A stretch of DNA of 60,777 bases from an uncultured Gammaproteobacteria bacterium (GCA_964446235.1 CAYUNW010000001.1:103837-164613), one strand, 5' to 3'; counted from the stretch's first letter, positions 1 through 9,866 are shown. Made by a program: numbers and translations. The notes: generated by a model not told the origin, from the letters alone.

Positions 1-1608
1 TGCCTGCAAAAGATTTATAACTTTCTCAGATCTGATACCAAAACCCTGGCAAAGTTTTTGGAAATTAGGATTTTTCAGTCTAGTTTCAGCATAATTTCCC
101 TTATAAAACAACTCCTGCCACTGTCTGACCATACCTAGAAAGTTATTATTCAACAAAGCGATTTTTACATCGACATTTTCCTGTACAATAGTAGCCAATT
201 CCTGCAAAGTCATTTGAATACCTCCATCACCTATTACTATCCAAACTTCTCTTTTCGGATCAGCTACTTTTGCACCTATTCCGGCAGGCAAAGCAAATCC
301 CATTGTTCCTAATCCACCTGATGTTATATGTGAATTATATTTATTATATTCATAGTATCTTGCAGCATACATCTGATTTTGTCCTACATCAGCCACAACT
401 GTCGCCTTACCATCAGTTTCCTTTGAAATTAATCTTATTACTTGAGCAGATTTCAGTTTTTTTGAATGTAATTCCGGAAGCCAAACCTTTTCTTTTTCCT
501 CCAATTTCCATTTCTTAAATTCAGTTAACCATTGAAAATGCTTTTTTTTATAAATTAAAGGTAATAACTGAATCATAATTTCTTTTGCATCAGCCACGAT
601 TCCCAAGTAAGGTTTAATGTTTTTGCCGATTTCAGAAGGATCTATATCAATATGTATGATTTTTGCCTGCCGGGCATATTTATTAACAGCGCTAGTTACT
701 CTGTCAGAAAACCTCATACCTAAAACCAGAATCACATCAGCCTCGTTTGTGGCTCTATTGGCTGCTACATTACCATGCATACCGGGCATGCCCATAAACA
801 ATCTGTGATTTGAAGGTATAGCTGATAATCCTAAATGTGTGAGAATTATTGGTGCATCCATTTTTTCAGCAACTTTTAAAAGATTTTTACCGTCTCCAGA
901 CAACATAACTCCATGTCCGGCTAAAATTAACGGTTTATGTGCTCCATTTAGTAAATCTGCTACTTTCTTCAATTCATCTTTTGAAGGTTTCGTTTTAATT
1001 TCTTCTGAATTACGATAACCTAATTTTTTTGGGTATTTAAAAATCGCAGAACCTGTTTGTGCGTCTTTGGTAATATCAATCAAAACCGGACCAGGCCGAC
1101 CGCTTGATGCAATATGAAATGCTTCTCTGATAGTATAGGCAATATCTTGTGTGCAAGTTACTTGATAATTACGCTTGGTAATGGGTGCAGTAATACCCAC
1201 CACATCCGCTTCCTGAAAAGCATCTCTTCCCAAATACATCGAAGGCACCTGTCCGGTGATACAAACCATAGGGATAGAATCCATCATGGCATCTGCCAAA
1301 CCTGTCACCAAATTGGTCGCACCTGGTCCAGAAGTAGCAAAACAAACACCAGGTCTTCCTGTAATCCAAGCATATCCCTCTGCAGCATGCGCTGCTCCCT
1401 GCTCGTGACGGACTAAAATATGTCTTAATTGAGGAAATTTATAGATAGCATCATAAATTGGGATATTTGCCCCACCAGGATATCCAAAAATCACGCTTAT
1501 CCCTTCGCGACATAAACATTCGCAGAGGATATCTGCTCCTTGAACTTTTTCCCCTTCTTTCAGTTTACTGGTAAATTTATTGATTTTTGATTGTTTAGTT
1601 AGTTTCAT
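1..1608 (-). CDS. ilvB: Acetolactate synthase large subunit (partial; 3' end runs off the window)
   Basis: Not in the ORF track because no stop lies in the window. Hand translation from ATG 1608 gives MKLTKQ...GADILCECL...VIFGYPGGA...[14 protein letters not shown]...[13 protein letters not shown]...[10 protein letters not shown]...[12 protein letters not shown]...[12 protein letters not shown]. The start overlaps the ilvD TGA (ATGA). Confidence 0.96.
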   Translation of the reverse strand, partial: MKLTKQSKINKFTSKLKEGEKVQGADILCECLCREGISVIFGYPGGANIPIYDAIYKFPQLRHILVRHEQGAAHAAEGYAWITGRPGVCFATSGPGATNLVTGLADAMMDSIPMVCITGQVPSMYLGRDAFQEADVVGITAPITKRNYQVTCTQDIAYTIREAFHIASSGRPGPVLIDITKDAQTGSAIFKYPKKLGYRNSEEIKTKPSKDELKKVADLLNGAHKPLILAGHGVMLSGDGKNLLKVAEKMDAPIILTHLGLSAIPSNHRLFMGMPGMHGNVAANRATNEADVILVLGMRFSDRVTSAVNKYARQAKIIHIDIDPSEIGKNIKPYLGIVADAKEIMIQLLPLIYKKKHFQWLTEFKKWKLEEKEKVWLPELHSKKLKSAQVIRLISKETDGKATVVADVGQNQMYAARYYEYNKYNSHITSGGLGTMGFALPAGIGAKVADPKREVWIVIGDGGIQMTLQELATIVQENVDVKIALLNNNFLGMVRQWQELFYKGNYAETRLKNPNFQKLCQGFGIRSEKVINLLQA

Positions 1609-3365
1609 AAGGTATTATCCATAACAGCACCGTAATTTGCGCTCAAAACATGCTGGCTGTAACGGCCAAGCCAACCGTTTTTAACTTTTGATTCAAATAC
1701 CGGCAGTTTTTTCAAACGATCATTCATTTCTTTTAGACGGATTTTTAAATTTACTAATTTTTTTGTAGTATCAATCTCTATCAAATCTCCATCATAAATA
1801 ACAGCTATCGGACCACCTACAGCTGCCTCCGGAGAAATATGCCCCACACAAAGCCCTCGAGTACCACCTGAAAATCTCCCGTCTGTAATTAATGCCGCTT
1901 TTATCCCCAAACCTTTGATTGCTGAAGTTGGTGAAAGCATCTCCTGCATCCCCGGCCCTCCACGCGGACCTTCATACCTTATCACTACCACATCACCATC
2001 CTTAATTTTCTTTTTTAATATTGCATCTAAAGCCTCTTCTTGAGAGTTGTAACATTTAGCCCGACCGGTAAAACTCATCATATCTTTATCCACTCCCGCC
2101 GTCTTCACTACGGCTCCATCCGGAGCCAAATTGCCAAAAAGGACTGTTAAACCGCCTTTTTGGGAAAAAGCATTTTTCCCGAAGCGAATAACATCATTAT
2201 CAGGATCTGGAGCTTCTTTAATATAATCGCCAAGTTTCCCTATGCAAGTCTTGGCGCCAGTATCAAGTAGAGATTTACTGTGCCTGACAACAGCTTTCAA
2301 AATTGCAGCAACTCCCCCTACTCGATGAACATCTTCTATATGAACTTCCGGACGAGATGGTGAAACTCTACAGACATTGGGAGTTTGATCTGAGATTTCT
2401 GCGATACGTTCTAATCTATAGGGAATTCCAGCCTCATAAGCCAAAGCCAGTGTATGCAAAACCGTATTGGTTGATCCACCCATGGCTAAATCCAAACAAA
2501 AAGCGTTGTCAATAGAACTTTTTTTAACAATATCTTTCGGTCTAACTTTATTTTTGACTAATTTGACTATCGTCTCAGCAGCTTTTTGGGTCATAGCCAG
2601 TCTTTGAGGATTGACTTTCCAGATACCCTTCTTTTTATCAACCCATATAGCTGCAGGAACTGTCCCGTTTCCGGGTAAAGCCAATCCTATAGCTTCTGCT
2701 AAACAATTCATCGAATTTGCCGTAAACATCCCAGCGCAACTTCCGCAGGTCTGACAAGCACCTTGGGCAAGTTTCATCAAGCTATTTTCGCTTATCTTAC
2801 CGGCTACATATTGACCAACTCCTTCAAATACGGATATCAGATCTGTATTGTTTTGCCCGGCCAACATTGGTCCGCCACTTAAATAAAGCGCCGGAATATT
2901 CAGTCTCACCATAGCATTAAGCATACCCGGTACAATCTTGTCACAGTTACCAATCCCAATCCAAGCATCCGGTGGATGAGCCCCTATTATCGTTTCTATC
3001 TGATCGGTAATCAATTCTCTTGATGGAAGAGAATATTTCATACCAAAATGTCCCATGGCTATCCCATCATCTACCGCTCCACCGATATTGCAATACCAAA
3101 CATTTACCTTAAGTTTTTTCAGTTCTTCCACCAGCTTTGCTCCTAAAACTTGAAGATGAATATGTCCAGGTATATGAGTAGTATAAGAATTAACGACTGT
3201 AATGAATGGCTTTTTTCTATCAGATATTTTTTTTATTACTCCGGCAGCTATCATCAAAGATGCATTGGGTATCATATGATAACCTTCTGTGACAATCCTG
3301 CTGCCTTTTTTTTGAATTTGAGCAATACCTTGATTGATTGCTTGTCTTTTTCTGATCTTTTTCAT
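1605..3365 (-). CDS. ilvD: Dihydroxy-acid dehydratase
   Basis: [61 protein letters not shown] and GHISPEA motifs. Confidence 0.97.
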   Translation of the reverse strand: MKKIRKRQAINQGIAQIQKKGSRIVTEGYHMIPNASLMIAAGVIKKISDRKKPFITVVNSYTTHIPGHIHLQVLGAKLVEELKKLKVNVWYCNIGGAVDDGIAMGHFGMKYSLPSRELITDQIETIIGAHPPDAWIGIGNCDKIVPGMLNAMVRLNIPALYLSGGPMLAGQNNTDLISVFEGVGQYVAGKISENSLMKLAQGACQTCGSCAGMFTANSMNCLAEAIGLALPGNGTVPAAIWVDKKKGIWKVNPQRLAMTQKAAETIVKLVKNKVRPKDIVKKSSIDNAFCLDLAMGGSTNTVLHTLALAYEAGIPYRLERIAEISDQTPNVCRVSPSRPEVHIEDVHRVGGVAAILKAVVRHSKSLLDTGAKTCIGKLGDYIKEAPDPDNDVIRFGKNAFSQKGGLTVLFGNLAPDGAVVKTAGVDKDMMSFTGRAKCYNSQEEALDAILKKKIKDGDVVVIRYEGPRGGPGMQEMLSPTSAIKGLGIKAALITDGRFSGGTRGLCVGHISPEAAVGGPIAVIYDGDLIEIDTTKKLVNLKIRLKEMNDRLKKLPVFESKVKNGWLGRYSQHVLSANYGAVMDNTL

Positions 3366-3383
3366 ATTTTTTGCTCTTAATTA

Positions 3384-3412
3384 CAAAAAAACCTCTCTTT
3401 TTTTGAGAGGTT
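3384..3412 (-). terminator. Intrinsic terminator of the ilv leader (attenuator)
   Basis: Minus-strand RNA AACCUCUC-AAAAAAA-GAGAGGUU followed by UUUUUG, about 20 nt before the ilvD ATG. Confidence 0.9.
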
Positions 3413-3435
3413 GCTTTTGTGATTTACAAAATTTT

Positions 3436-3516
3436 TCAGGCTTTTTTCCAAGCAAACCTCTGTCCTGAAATCAGGACAATTATGGAAATTATTATGCTTG
3501 GAAATAAACTATTCAT
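3436..3516 (-). CDS. ilv operon leader peptide, 26 aa MNSLFPSIIISIIVLISGQRFAWKKA
   Basis: Hand-translated ATG 3516 to TGA 3436. Codons 8-16 are IIISIIVLI. It overlaps protector and antiterminator helices upstream of a terminator. Confidence 0.85.
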   Translation of the reverse strand: MNSLFPSIIISIIVLISGQRFAWKKA

Positions 3517-3528
3517 ATTGATTTTTCA

Positions 3529-3557
3529 TTTATATCAAAATAGGTTTTAATTGTCAA
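3529..3557 (-). promoter_or_regulatory. Sigma70-type promoter of the ilv leader
   Basis: TTGACA (3557-3552), 17 nt, TATAAA (3534-3529), with TGn extension. Confidence 0.75.
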
Positions 3558-3567
3558 TATAAGGCGT

Positions 3568-5094
3568 TTAAATATTTTCTTCCCTTACTCTATATTGTAA
3601 TGCCTCGCTTATATGATATGGCGAAATTTCTATAGATTTTTCTAAATCTGCAATAGTTCTGGAAATTTTTAAAACTCGATAATAACTTCTTGCAGATAAA
3701 TTTAAACTTACAACTGCATTTCGAATAAGACTTAGACATTCGGAAGACAGTTTTATATATTCTTTTACGGCTCTTGAAGTTAAATCAGAATTACACGTGT
3801 AAATGGTTTTCGAATATCTTTGTGTTTGCAAATCTCTTGCTCTTTGGATCCTGATTTTGATAATTTTAGATTCTTCACTCTTCTGATCAACTGTCAATCT
3901 TTCTACCCTCACAGGAGGTAAATTAATATGTAAATCAATCCTGTCTAAAATCGGTCCAGAAATTCTTTTCTGATATTGAAGAATTTTTCCAGGTAAACAA
4001 TTGCATTTTCTGACTTCATCACCATAAAATCCACAGGGACAGGGATTTGCAGCAGCAACCAATATAAATTTTGCTGGATAACTAAGAGTTCCGGCTGCTC
4101 TTGATATTGTAACAATTCCATCCTCCATTGGCTGCCTCAAAGATTCTAAAACATGACGCGGATATTCAGGAAACTCGTCCAAAAATAACACTCCTCGATG
4201 AGCTAAAGATATTTCTCCCGGCATAGGTTTTGCACCACCACCAATCAAGCCGATTCTGCTAGTGGTATGATGTGGAGCTCTAAACGGTCTTGTTTTTATT
4301 ATCGCCTCACCAATAGGAATATTACCCGTAATAGAATATATTTTTGTTACTTCTAATGCTTCTGACTCTGTCAGATCTGGAAGTATTCCGGGTAACGCTC
4401 TTGCCAACATCGTTTTCCCCGCTCCAGGTACCCCTTTTATAAAAAGGTTGTGACCTCCAGCCGCTGATATTTCAAATACTCTTTTTGCTTGCTCTTGTCC
4501 TTTAATATCGGAGAAATCAAATTCGCTATTTATATCAATTTTCAATTTGGTAAATGGTGTATAAGGATATTTTTCTATTGTTTTAATACCAGCAAAATGT
4601 TTATAAATTGTAATTAAGCTCTCAACAGGATAAACATCAACACCTTTAATTACGGATGCTTCCTGAGCATTTGTGCTGGGTAAAAATATTGATTTGTATC
4701 CTTTATTTTTTGCCAAAATCATCATCGGTAAGATTCCTTTTGTGTGTCTTAAAGTACCGTCAAGTGATAATTCTCCTAAAACCAAAATTTTGTCGGAATA
4801 TGCTTTTAATTGTCCGGAGGCTATCAAAATACCTAAAGCTATAGGCAAATCATATGATGGTCCTTCTTTTGGTATATCTGCAGGAGCTAAATTTACTGTA
4901 ATCCTGTGTGTAGGAAACTCAGCTCCTGAATTTTTAATTGCTGCTCTAACTCTTTCTTTTGATTCCTCTATTGATTTTGATGGCAACCCAACAATGGTAA
5001 ATGAAGGTAAGCTTTTCAAGTAAATATCAACTTCTACAGTGATTGTAATAGGGTCTAAACCGACAGTTGCTCCGGACAGAACTTTAGCCAGCAT
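3568..5094 (-). CDS. comM: YifB/ComM family Mg-chelatase-like AAA+ ATPase
   Basis: FTIVGLP..SIEESKERVRAAIKNSG, VNLAPAD..KEG..YDLPIA, GVPGAGKT, PFRAPHHT, GEISLAHRGVLFLDE, NPCPCG, SGPILDRID, LSARSY.RVLK. Confidence 0.93.
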   Translation of the reverse strand: MLAKVLSGATVGLDPITITVEVDIYLKSLPSFTIVGLPSKSIEESKERVRAAIKNSGAEFPTHRITVNLAPADIPKEGPSYDLPIALGILIASGQLKAYSDKILVLGELSLDGTLRHTKGILPMMILAKNKGYKSIFLPSTNAQEASVIKGVDVYPVESLITIYKHFAGIKTIEKYPYTPFTKLKIDINSEFDFSDIKGQEQAKRVFEISAAGGHNLFIKGVPGAGKTMLARALPGILPDLTESEALEVTKIYSITGNIPIGEAIIKTRPFRAPHHTTSRIGLIGGGAKPMPGEISLAHRGVLFLDEFPEYPRHVLESLRQPMEDGIVTISRAAGTLSYPAKFILVAAANPCPCGFYGDEVRKCNCLPGKILQYQKRISGPILDRIDLHINLPPVRVERLTVDQKSEESKIIKIRIQRARDLQTQRYSKTIYTCNSDLTSRAVKEYIKLSSECLSLIRNAVVSLNLSARSYYRVLKISRTIADLEKSIEISPYHISEALQYRVREENI

Positions 5095-5100
5095 ATTCTC

Positions 5101-5149
5101 AGTATATAGTATTAAGTATGAAGTATTAAGTATGTAGTATTCAGTATAA
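5101..5149. repeat. Seven tandem degenerate heptamers AGTATnn
   Basis: agtatat agtatta agtatga agtatta agtatgt agtattc agtataa, with exact 7-nt period. Confidence 0.9.
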
Positions 5150-5307
5150 AAAGCAGAGAAGAAAATCTTGAGCGAAAATTAAAAATTACTAAAAGTAAGG
5201 CTATTTGAGAACCGTCCCCTTTGATAATTTTTGAAATCTGGATTGTCAAAATAGGAACTTTCATCCCAAAGGTAGAATTTAGATTTAAAGGTATTTTAAC
5301 TTTCTAT

Positions 5308-5937
5308 TTAATTACACCGCTCAAATGCCGGTAAATGCTTCTCTTCTGATGCATTCATGAGATTTGTAAAAACATTTTCAATATCAACATACTGACTGAC
5401 AGCTGGTAATAACTTATCCTTATAAAGCTTAGCATTGGCTATTTCCGCATCTACTCCGATTTGACAAGCCTCCTTCAAGGTAGACGGAGCAGTAACTTTG
5501 GATGCCCAGCTGTTTTCAGGCACAATTAGTCCATATTTATCATAAACTGCTTTTAGTGAAGCTATATGCTGTTCTTCTGCGCCTTTTATCATAGAAAAAG
5601 GTCTTACCGCCCCAAGCTTTGCAATAACCGCTTCATAGGTAGCTAAAGCTTTATACTCATCATTTATTGCCTCATCTAACGCGTCTTTGGCTTCTGGCGA
5701 TAATTCTCCTGCCGGATATTCAAGATTATCAACATAAAGACAATCATCGGAAAGGCAATTACCCCTACTTGGCTGTTCTGTCTGATTTCTTCTCTGTCCC
5801 TTTCCAATATTAACGGTATCAGCCTGAGTTAAAGATTGCGAAATGTCACCAGCTTGTTTTGACTGTATAAGAGCATATCCTCCAATTAATCCCGCAATCA
5901 ATACTATACCTGTATACATTAGTGTTTTGCTATTCAT
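5308..5937 (-). CDS. Membrane-anchored ferritin-like (DUF2202-like) protein
   Basis: N-terminal TM segment. Di-iron-type E/ExxH pattern: INDEYKA, AEEQHI, AEIAN, SEEKHL. Confidence 0.75.
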   Translation of the reverse strand: MNSKTLMYTGIVLIAGLIGGYALIQSKQAGDISQSLTQADTVNIGKGQRRNQTEQPSRGNCLSDDCLYVDNLEYPAGELSPEAKDALDEAINDEYKALATYEAVIAKLGAVRPFSMIKGAEEQHIASLKAVYDKYGLIVPENSWASKVTAPSTLKEACQIGVDAEIANAKLYKDKLLPAVSQYVDIENVFTNLMNASEEKHLPAFERCN

Positions 5938-5979
5938 TTTTATTCACTCCCTTAATTTTTAATTATACTTTAATTATCA

Positions 5980-6018
5980 CGCCTTTTTCCCCCGCAAATC
6001 TTTATGCGGGGGAAGGCG
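5980..6018. terminator. Strong GC-rich stem-loop between two co-oriented genes
   Basis: cgcc..tcccccgca / tgcggggga.aggcg inverted repeat. It has no clean U-tract on the minus strand. Confidence 0.5.
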
Positions 6019-6033
6019 AGAATATATACTTAT

Positions 6034-6414
6034 TTATTTTTTTCTTCCTAGACCCATTCCTTGACCTTTACCTGAACCGTTTCTTAATCCTAATCCCAGT
6101 TCCTGTCTGATTTTGTTGGCTTCTTCAGTTTTGCCTTCTTCTGTCAGTTTATGAGCTTGGGCAAATTTGGGAAAATTTCCTTCGTTGATAACTTGAGTCA
6201 CTCTTCCTTTGTCCTGCATCAAATTCTTCCAAGCATTGTAATCGTTATTGGCAAAAGCTTTTTCCATAGCTTCGTGTCTCTCTGGACTGTAATTTGGTCC
6301 CTGTTTATTCGGGTCACCCTGATATGCAAAAGTTTGTTTTGCAAATACTGCTGTAATAGCAAGAGAAATTATAGTTGCTGACAAAATTAATTTTTTGTTT
6401 TTCATTTTTTTCAC
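6034..6414 (-). CDS. Secreted hypothetical protein
   Basis: Signal peptide (AFA-YQG), strong SD AAGGAGGTGA, Gly-rich C-terminus. Confidence 0.8.
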   Translation of the reverse strand: MKKMKNKKLILSATIISLAITAVFAKQTFAYQGDPNKQGPNYSPERHEAMEKAFANNDYNAWKNLMQDKGRVTQVINEGNFPKFAQAHKLTEEGKTEEANKIRQELGLGLRNGSGKGQGMGLGRKK

Positions 6415-6438
6415 CTCCTTTCTTATTTAATAAATGGA

Positions 6439-6471
6439 ATAATAACCTACAAAACTGAGAACAAACTGAAA
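6439..6471 (-). promoter_or_regulatory. Candidate OmpR/PhoB-type direct-repeat box plus -10
   Basis: TTTCAG-N5-TCTCAG (11-nt period), 10 nt upstream of TATTAT. Confidence 0.4.
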
Positions 6472-6490
6472 AAATAGGATTAACAATTAA

Positions 6491-7771
6491 TTAAAATGGG
6501 AATTTAGGATAATATGACTTTTTAGTTAATTGATGTTCAATCATTATGAGCCTATTATATTTTGCTGTTCGCTCACTTCTGGCCGGTGCTCCGGTCTTAA
6601 TCTGCCCTATACCCATAGCTACAGATAAATCCGCGATAAACGTATCTTCGGTTTCACCGCTTCTATGGGAAATTATTGCTGACATATTGTTTTTAAGAGC
6701 AAGCAAAATCGCGTCTATAGTCTCTGTGAGGGTACCAATCTGGTTAAGCTTGATAAGAATTGAGTTGGTGGTTTTTTCTTTAATGCCTTTTTGTAAACGC
6801 TTAACGTTTGTTACGTATAAATCATCACCTACAATTTGTTTTGTTTTACCTACTATCTGTGTAAACTTGGTAAACGCACTCCAATCATCTTCGGCAAAAA
6901 TATCTTCCATGGAAATTATCGGATATTTCTCCAGTAATTGCTGATAAAAAACAATCAATTCATCACTGGTGACAGTTTTTCCTTCTTTATTTAGGATGTA
7001 CTTACCGTTTTTATAAAATTCCGAAGCCGCGGAATCTATACCAAAGGATATGTCGCTTCCAAGTTTAAATCCACCCTTTTTGATAGCTTCAGACATCATT
7101 TCAAAAGGCTCAATGTTGGATTTCACAGCCGGGGCAAAACCCCCTTCATCTCCAACAGTTATAGAGTAGCCTTTGTCTTTTATCACTTTTTTCAGAATTT
7201 GATATACTTCCACATTCATCCTTATAGCTTCCTGAATTGATTTGGCACCTACAGGAAAAAGCATGTATTCCTGAATATCTGTAGCCCAATTGGCATGCTT
7301 GCCGCCATTCATGACATTCATCTCTGGAATAGGCATAATAAATTTACCTTGAAAATAAGGATTAAATCTAGCTAAATACTCATACAGTTCTTTCTTTTCA
7401 TAATTAGCCTCTGCCCTTGCTACAGCTAAAGAAACCGCTAGTATAGCATTGGCTCCCAACCTGCTTTTATCTTCGGTTCCATCAAGCTCAATCATAATCT
7501 GATCAATTTTTTTCTGCTCATTGGCTTCAATATCTACTAATGAATCGGAAATCAATGTATTTACATATCCAACAGCTTTCAATACGCCTAACCCCTGATA
7601 ACGGTTATTTGCATTATCACGAAGTTCTTTTGCTTCATATTTGCCCGTTGATGCACCAGAAGGTACCGCAGACCAACCTACTGAACCATCTTTAAGGATG
7701 ACTGTTGCACCAACTGTAGGATTACCTCTACTATCTAATATCTCTTCAGCTAATATTTTTGCTATCTGCAT
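6491..7771 (-). CDS. eno: Enolase
   Basis: ILDSRGNPTV, VPSGASTG, LGANAILAVS, GDEGGFAP, VGDDL, KLNQIGT, SHRSGETED, GQIKTG, RSERTAKYN. Confidence 0.98.
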   Translation of the reverse strand: MQIAKILAEEILDSRGNPTVGATVILKDGSVGWSAVPSGASTGKYEAKELRDNANNRYQGLGVLKAVGYVNTLISDSLVDIEANEQKKIDQIMIELDGTEDKSRLGANAILAVSLAVARAEANYEKKELYEYLARFNPYFQGKFIMPIPEMNVMNGGKHANWATDIQEYMLFPVGAKSIQEAIRMNVEVYQILKKVIKDKGYSITVGDEGGFAPAVKSNIEPFEMMSEAIKKGGFKLGSDISFGIDSAASEFYKNGKYILNKEGKTVTSDELIVFYQQLLEKYPIISMEDIFAEDDWSAFTKFTQIVGKTKQIVGDDLYVTNVKRLQKGIKEKTTNSILIKLNQIGTLTETIDAILLALKNNMSAIISHRSGETEDTFIADLSVAMGIGQIKTGAPARSERTAKYNRLIMIEHQLTKKSYYPKFPF

Positions 7772-7856
7772 ATTTATCTTATAGAAATAATAATAACTCT
7801 TTAAAAATATAACTTAAAGTAGACAATAACATACATAAATATTTTATAATATTTTC

Positions 7857-9866
7857 ATGGATTATATCGGACCGATTCATGGTTCTTCATTAATTCCTCC
7901 TTTCTTTTTGTCGATTTTTTTTCTAATTGTTGTTTTTATAAATACTTTTTTAATCATTTTTATAAAAAAGAAGTATTTTAATTTAAACTATCTGATAAAA
8001 ATATCCATCCTTTTTAAATCTAATATATTTGCTTTCTCCGGCTTGCTTATGGTATTAGCTTTGATTGCTTTACACATATTACTACCTCAACCTCAAGCCA
8101 TAATATCATTCACAGAAAACATACAAAACAACCCTTCCGGCCCAATTATCATTGAATTTACAAAACCCGTGATGAGAAAAAATATAATAAAATCCATATT
8201 TCCGGAAATTCCAGGAAGATGGGTATTTGCCAGTCCAATTTATTCAACTCATCTTTATACGAAACTTTATTTCTTTCCTCAAAATACTTTGAAATCTGAT
8301 ACTGTATATACAATTAAACTTGAGGGAGTAAAAAACTTTCTGCAAACCGGAGACGGTATGGATTATAATCTTACTTATAAAACTTCTGATTCTGCAAAAA
8401 TATCAAAAATCAATTTCGTAAATAATTTAAATACTAAAAATGATATTTCTGAACTGGAAGTATATTTTGATAAACCAATAGAACCCACTGAAAACTTTTA
8501 TTTTTCTTTTTTTCCTGATATAAATTATGAAAAAATTTATAACACTGCAAATAATTCTTATTCACTAATCTTAAAACAACCTCTGACGGAAAATATTCCA
8601 TATTTGTTTAAAGCATATAAAGAAAACTTGACACTTGACACGCAAACGACTGAAGTCGTAGCTAGATCTAATGCTCAATTAGTATACAAAAGCTATCTTA
8701 ATTCTGACGTACTAGGTCTAACATCTTTTTCACCGGATACTGACATTGCTCTGTTACGTATTCCAATAGTCATCACTTTCGCTGATCCAATGGAGAAAAC
8801 GTCAGTAGAAAATAATTTTTCTATATCTCCTTTTACCGATGGCAAAATTGAATGGAAAGATGATTTTATTATGGTATTTACTCCTTTAAAATATCTGCCT
8901 GATACCAAATACACTGTATTCATTTCAAAAGAAGCGCTATTACAAAACGGAAAAAAGTTAAACGAAGATATTAATCAATCATTTACCACTATAGGAAAAG
9001 TCAGAATTTTAGATACTTTTCCTAAAAATGGCTGGACGGAAGTCTCAGTAGACAACAATATCAAAATTAGTTTCAATCAACCTGTTGATAAACAATCTGC
9101 AGAAAATCATTTTTCTATTTCTCCTTTAGTTTCTGGAAAATTTACTTGGGAAGACTATACACTGATTTTCAATCCTGATGATTATTTATCATATGAAACC
9201 GAATATCAAATTAAAATCTCAAAAAATATCCCTAGTTTAATTGGATTAGATTCGGATGAAGATTATAATTTCAATTTTACTACTCAAAATTCTACTACCA
9301 ATTTAAAAGTACCACAACTTTTACAAAAATATGCTTTATCATGTGAAATTGCAGCTTTACGGATGGTATTGGCATACAGAGGCGTTAGTGTAGATGAAGA
9401 TTTTCTTCTTTCAAAAATCGGTACAGATAATACCCCAAAAACCAATAATACATGGGGCAATCCATATATGGCATTTGTCGGTAACGTCAGAGGTAGACAA
9501 ATGCATACAGGATACGGAGTATATTGGGAACCTATAGCCAATGTTGCAAATTTATTCCGTTATGCAAAGTCATTCCAAAATTGGTCGCTTACTCAAATTA
9601 CTGAATCTTTGGAAAAAGGCCATCCTGTAATAGTCTGGGTAAATGTACAAAAAGGATCCCCTACAAATTGGTATACTACTGGAGGCGATAATATTTATGC
9701 TGTAACTGACGAACATGCAGTGGTAGTTACCGGTTTTGTAGGAACAGCAAAAAATCCTTCATATTTAATTATCAATGATCCTCTTTCAGGACAAGTCTAT
9801 TGGGATAGAAATTTATTCGAAAAAAAATGGAGCATGTTTCATCAAAGCGGGGTAATCGTATATTAA
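7857..9866 (+). CDS. Membrane-anchored protein with SbsA-type Ig-like repeats and a C-terminal C39-like peptidase domain
   Basis: N-terminal TM helices. Repeated I.I.F..P......Y.V.I motifs. QKYALSCEIAA (Q,C), DEHAVVVTG (H), INDP (D). Confidence 0.8.
   Translation: MDYIGPIHGSSLIPPFFLSIFFLIVVFINTFLIIFIKKKYFNLNYLIKISILFKSNIFAFSGLLMVLALIALHILLPQPQAIISFTENIQNNPSGPIIIEFTKPVMRKNIIKSIFPEIPGRWVFASPIYSTHLYTKLYFFPQNTLKSDTVYTIKLEGVKNFLQTGDGMDYNLTYKTSDSAKISKINFVNNLNTKNDISELEVYFDKPIEPTENFYFSFFPDINYEKIYNTANNSYSLILKQPLTENIPYLFKAYKENLTLDTQTTEVVARSNAQLVYKSYLNSDVLGLTSFSPDTDIALLRIPIVITFADPMEKTSVENNFSISPFTDGKIEWKDDFIMVFTPLKYLPDTKYTVFISKEALLQNGKKLNEDINQSFTTIGKVRILDTFPKNGWTEVSVDNNIKISFNQPVDKQSAENHFSISPLVSGKFTWEDYTLIFNPDDYLSYETEYQIKISKNIPSLIGLDSDEDYNFNFTTQNSTTNLKVPQLLQKYALSCEIAALRMVLAYRGVSVDEDFLLSKIGTDNTPKTNNTWGNPYMAFVGNVRGRQMHTGYGVYWEPIANVANLFRYAKSFQNWSLTQITESLEKGHPVIVWVNVQKGSPTNWYTTGGDNIYAVTDEHAVVVTGFVGTAKNPSYLIINDPLSGQVYWDRNLFEKKWSMFHQSGVIVY

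Noticed and set aside
270-3380. Plus-strand and short minus-strand ORFs over ilvB and ilvD (270-518, 617-808, 1114-1416, 1169-1369, 2303-2515, 3150-3380)
   Set aside because: Shadow or out-of-frame ORFs on well-conserved genes, with no motifs.
5101-5149. Repeat array as a CRISPR remnant
   Set aside because: The 7-nt period has no spacers, and there are no cas genes.
5150-5300. Short minus-strand frame (FYLWDESSYFDNPDF...) as a transposase remnant
   Set aside because: No start codon or HUH motif. The similarity is too weak to call.
5980-6018. GC-rich hairpin as a REP or MITE
   Set aside because: There is a single copy in the window and no target duplication. A terminator or stabiliser explains it.
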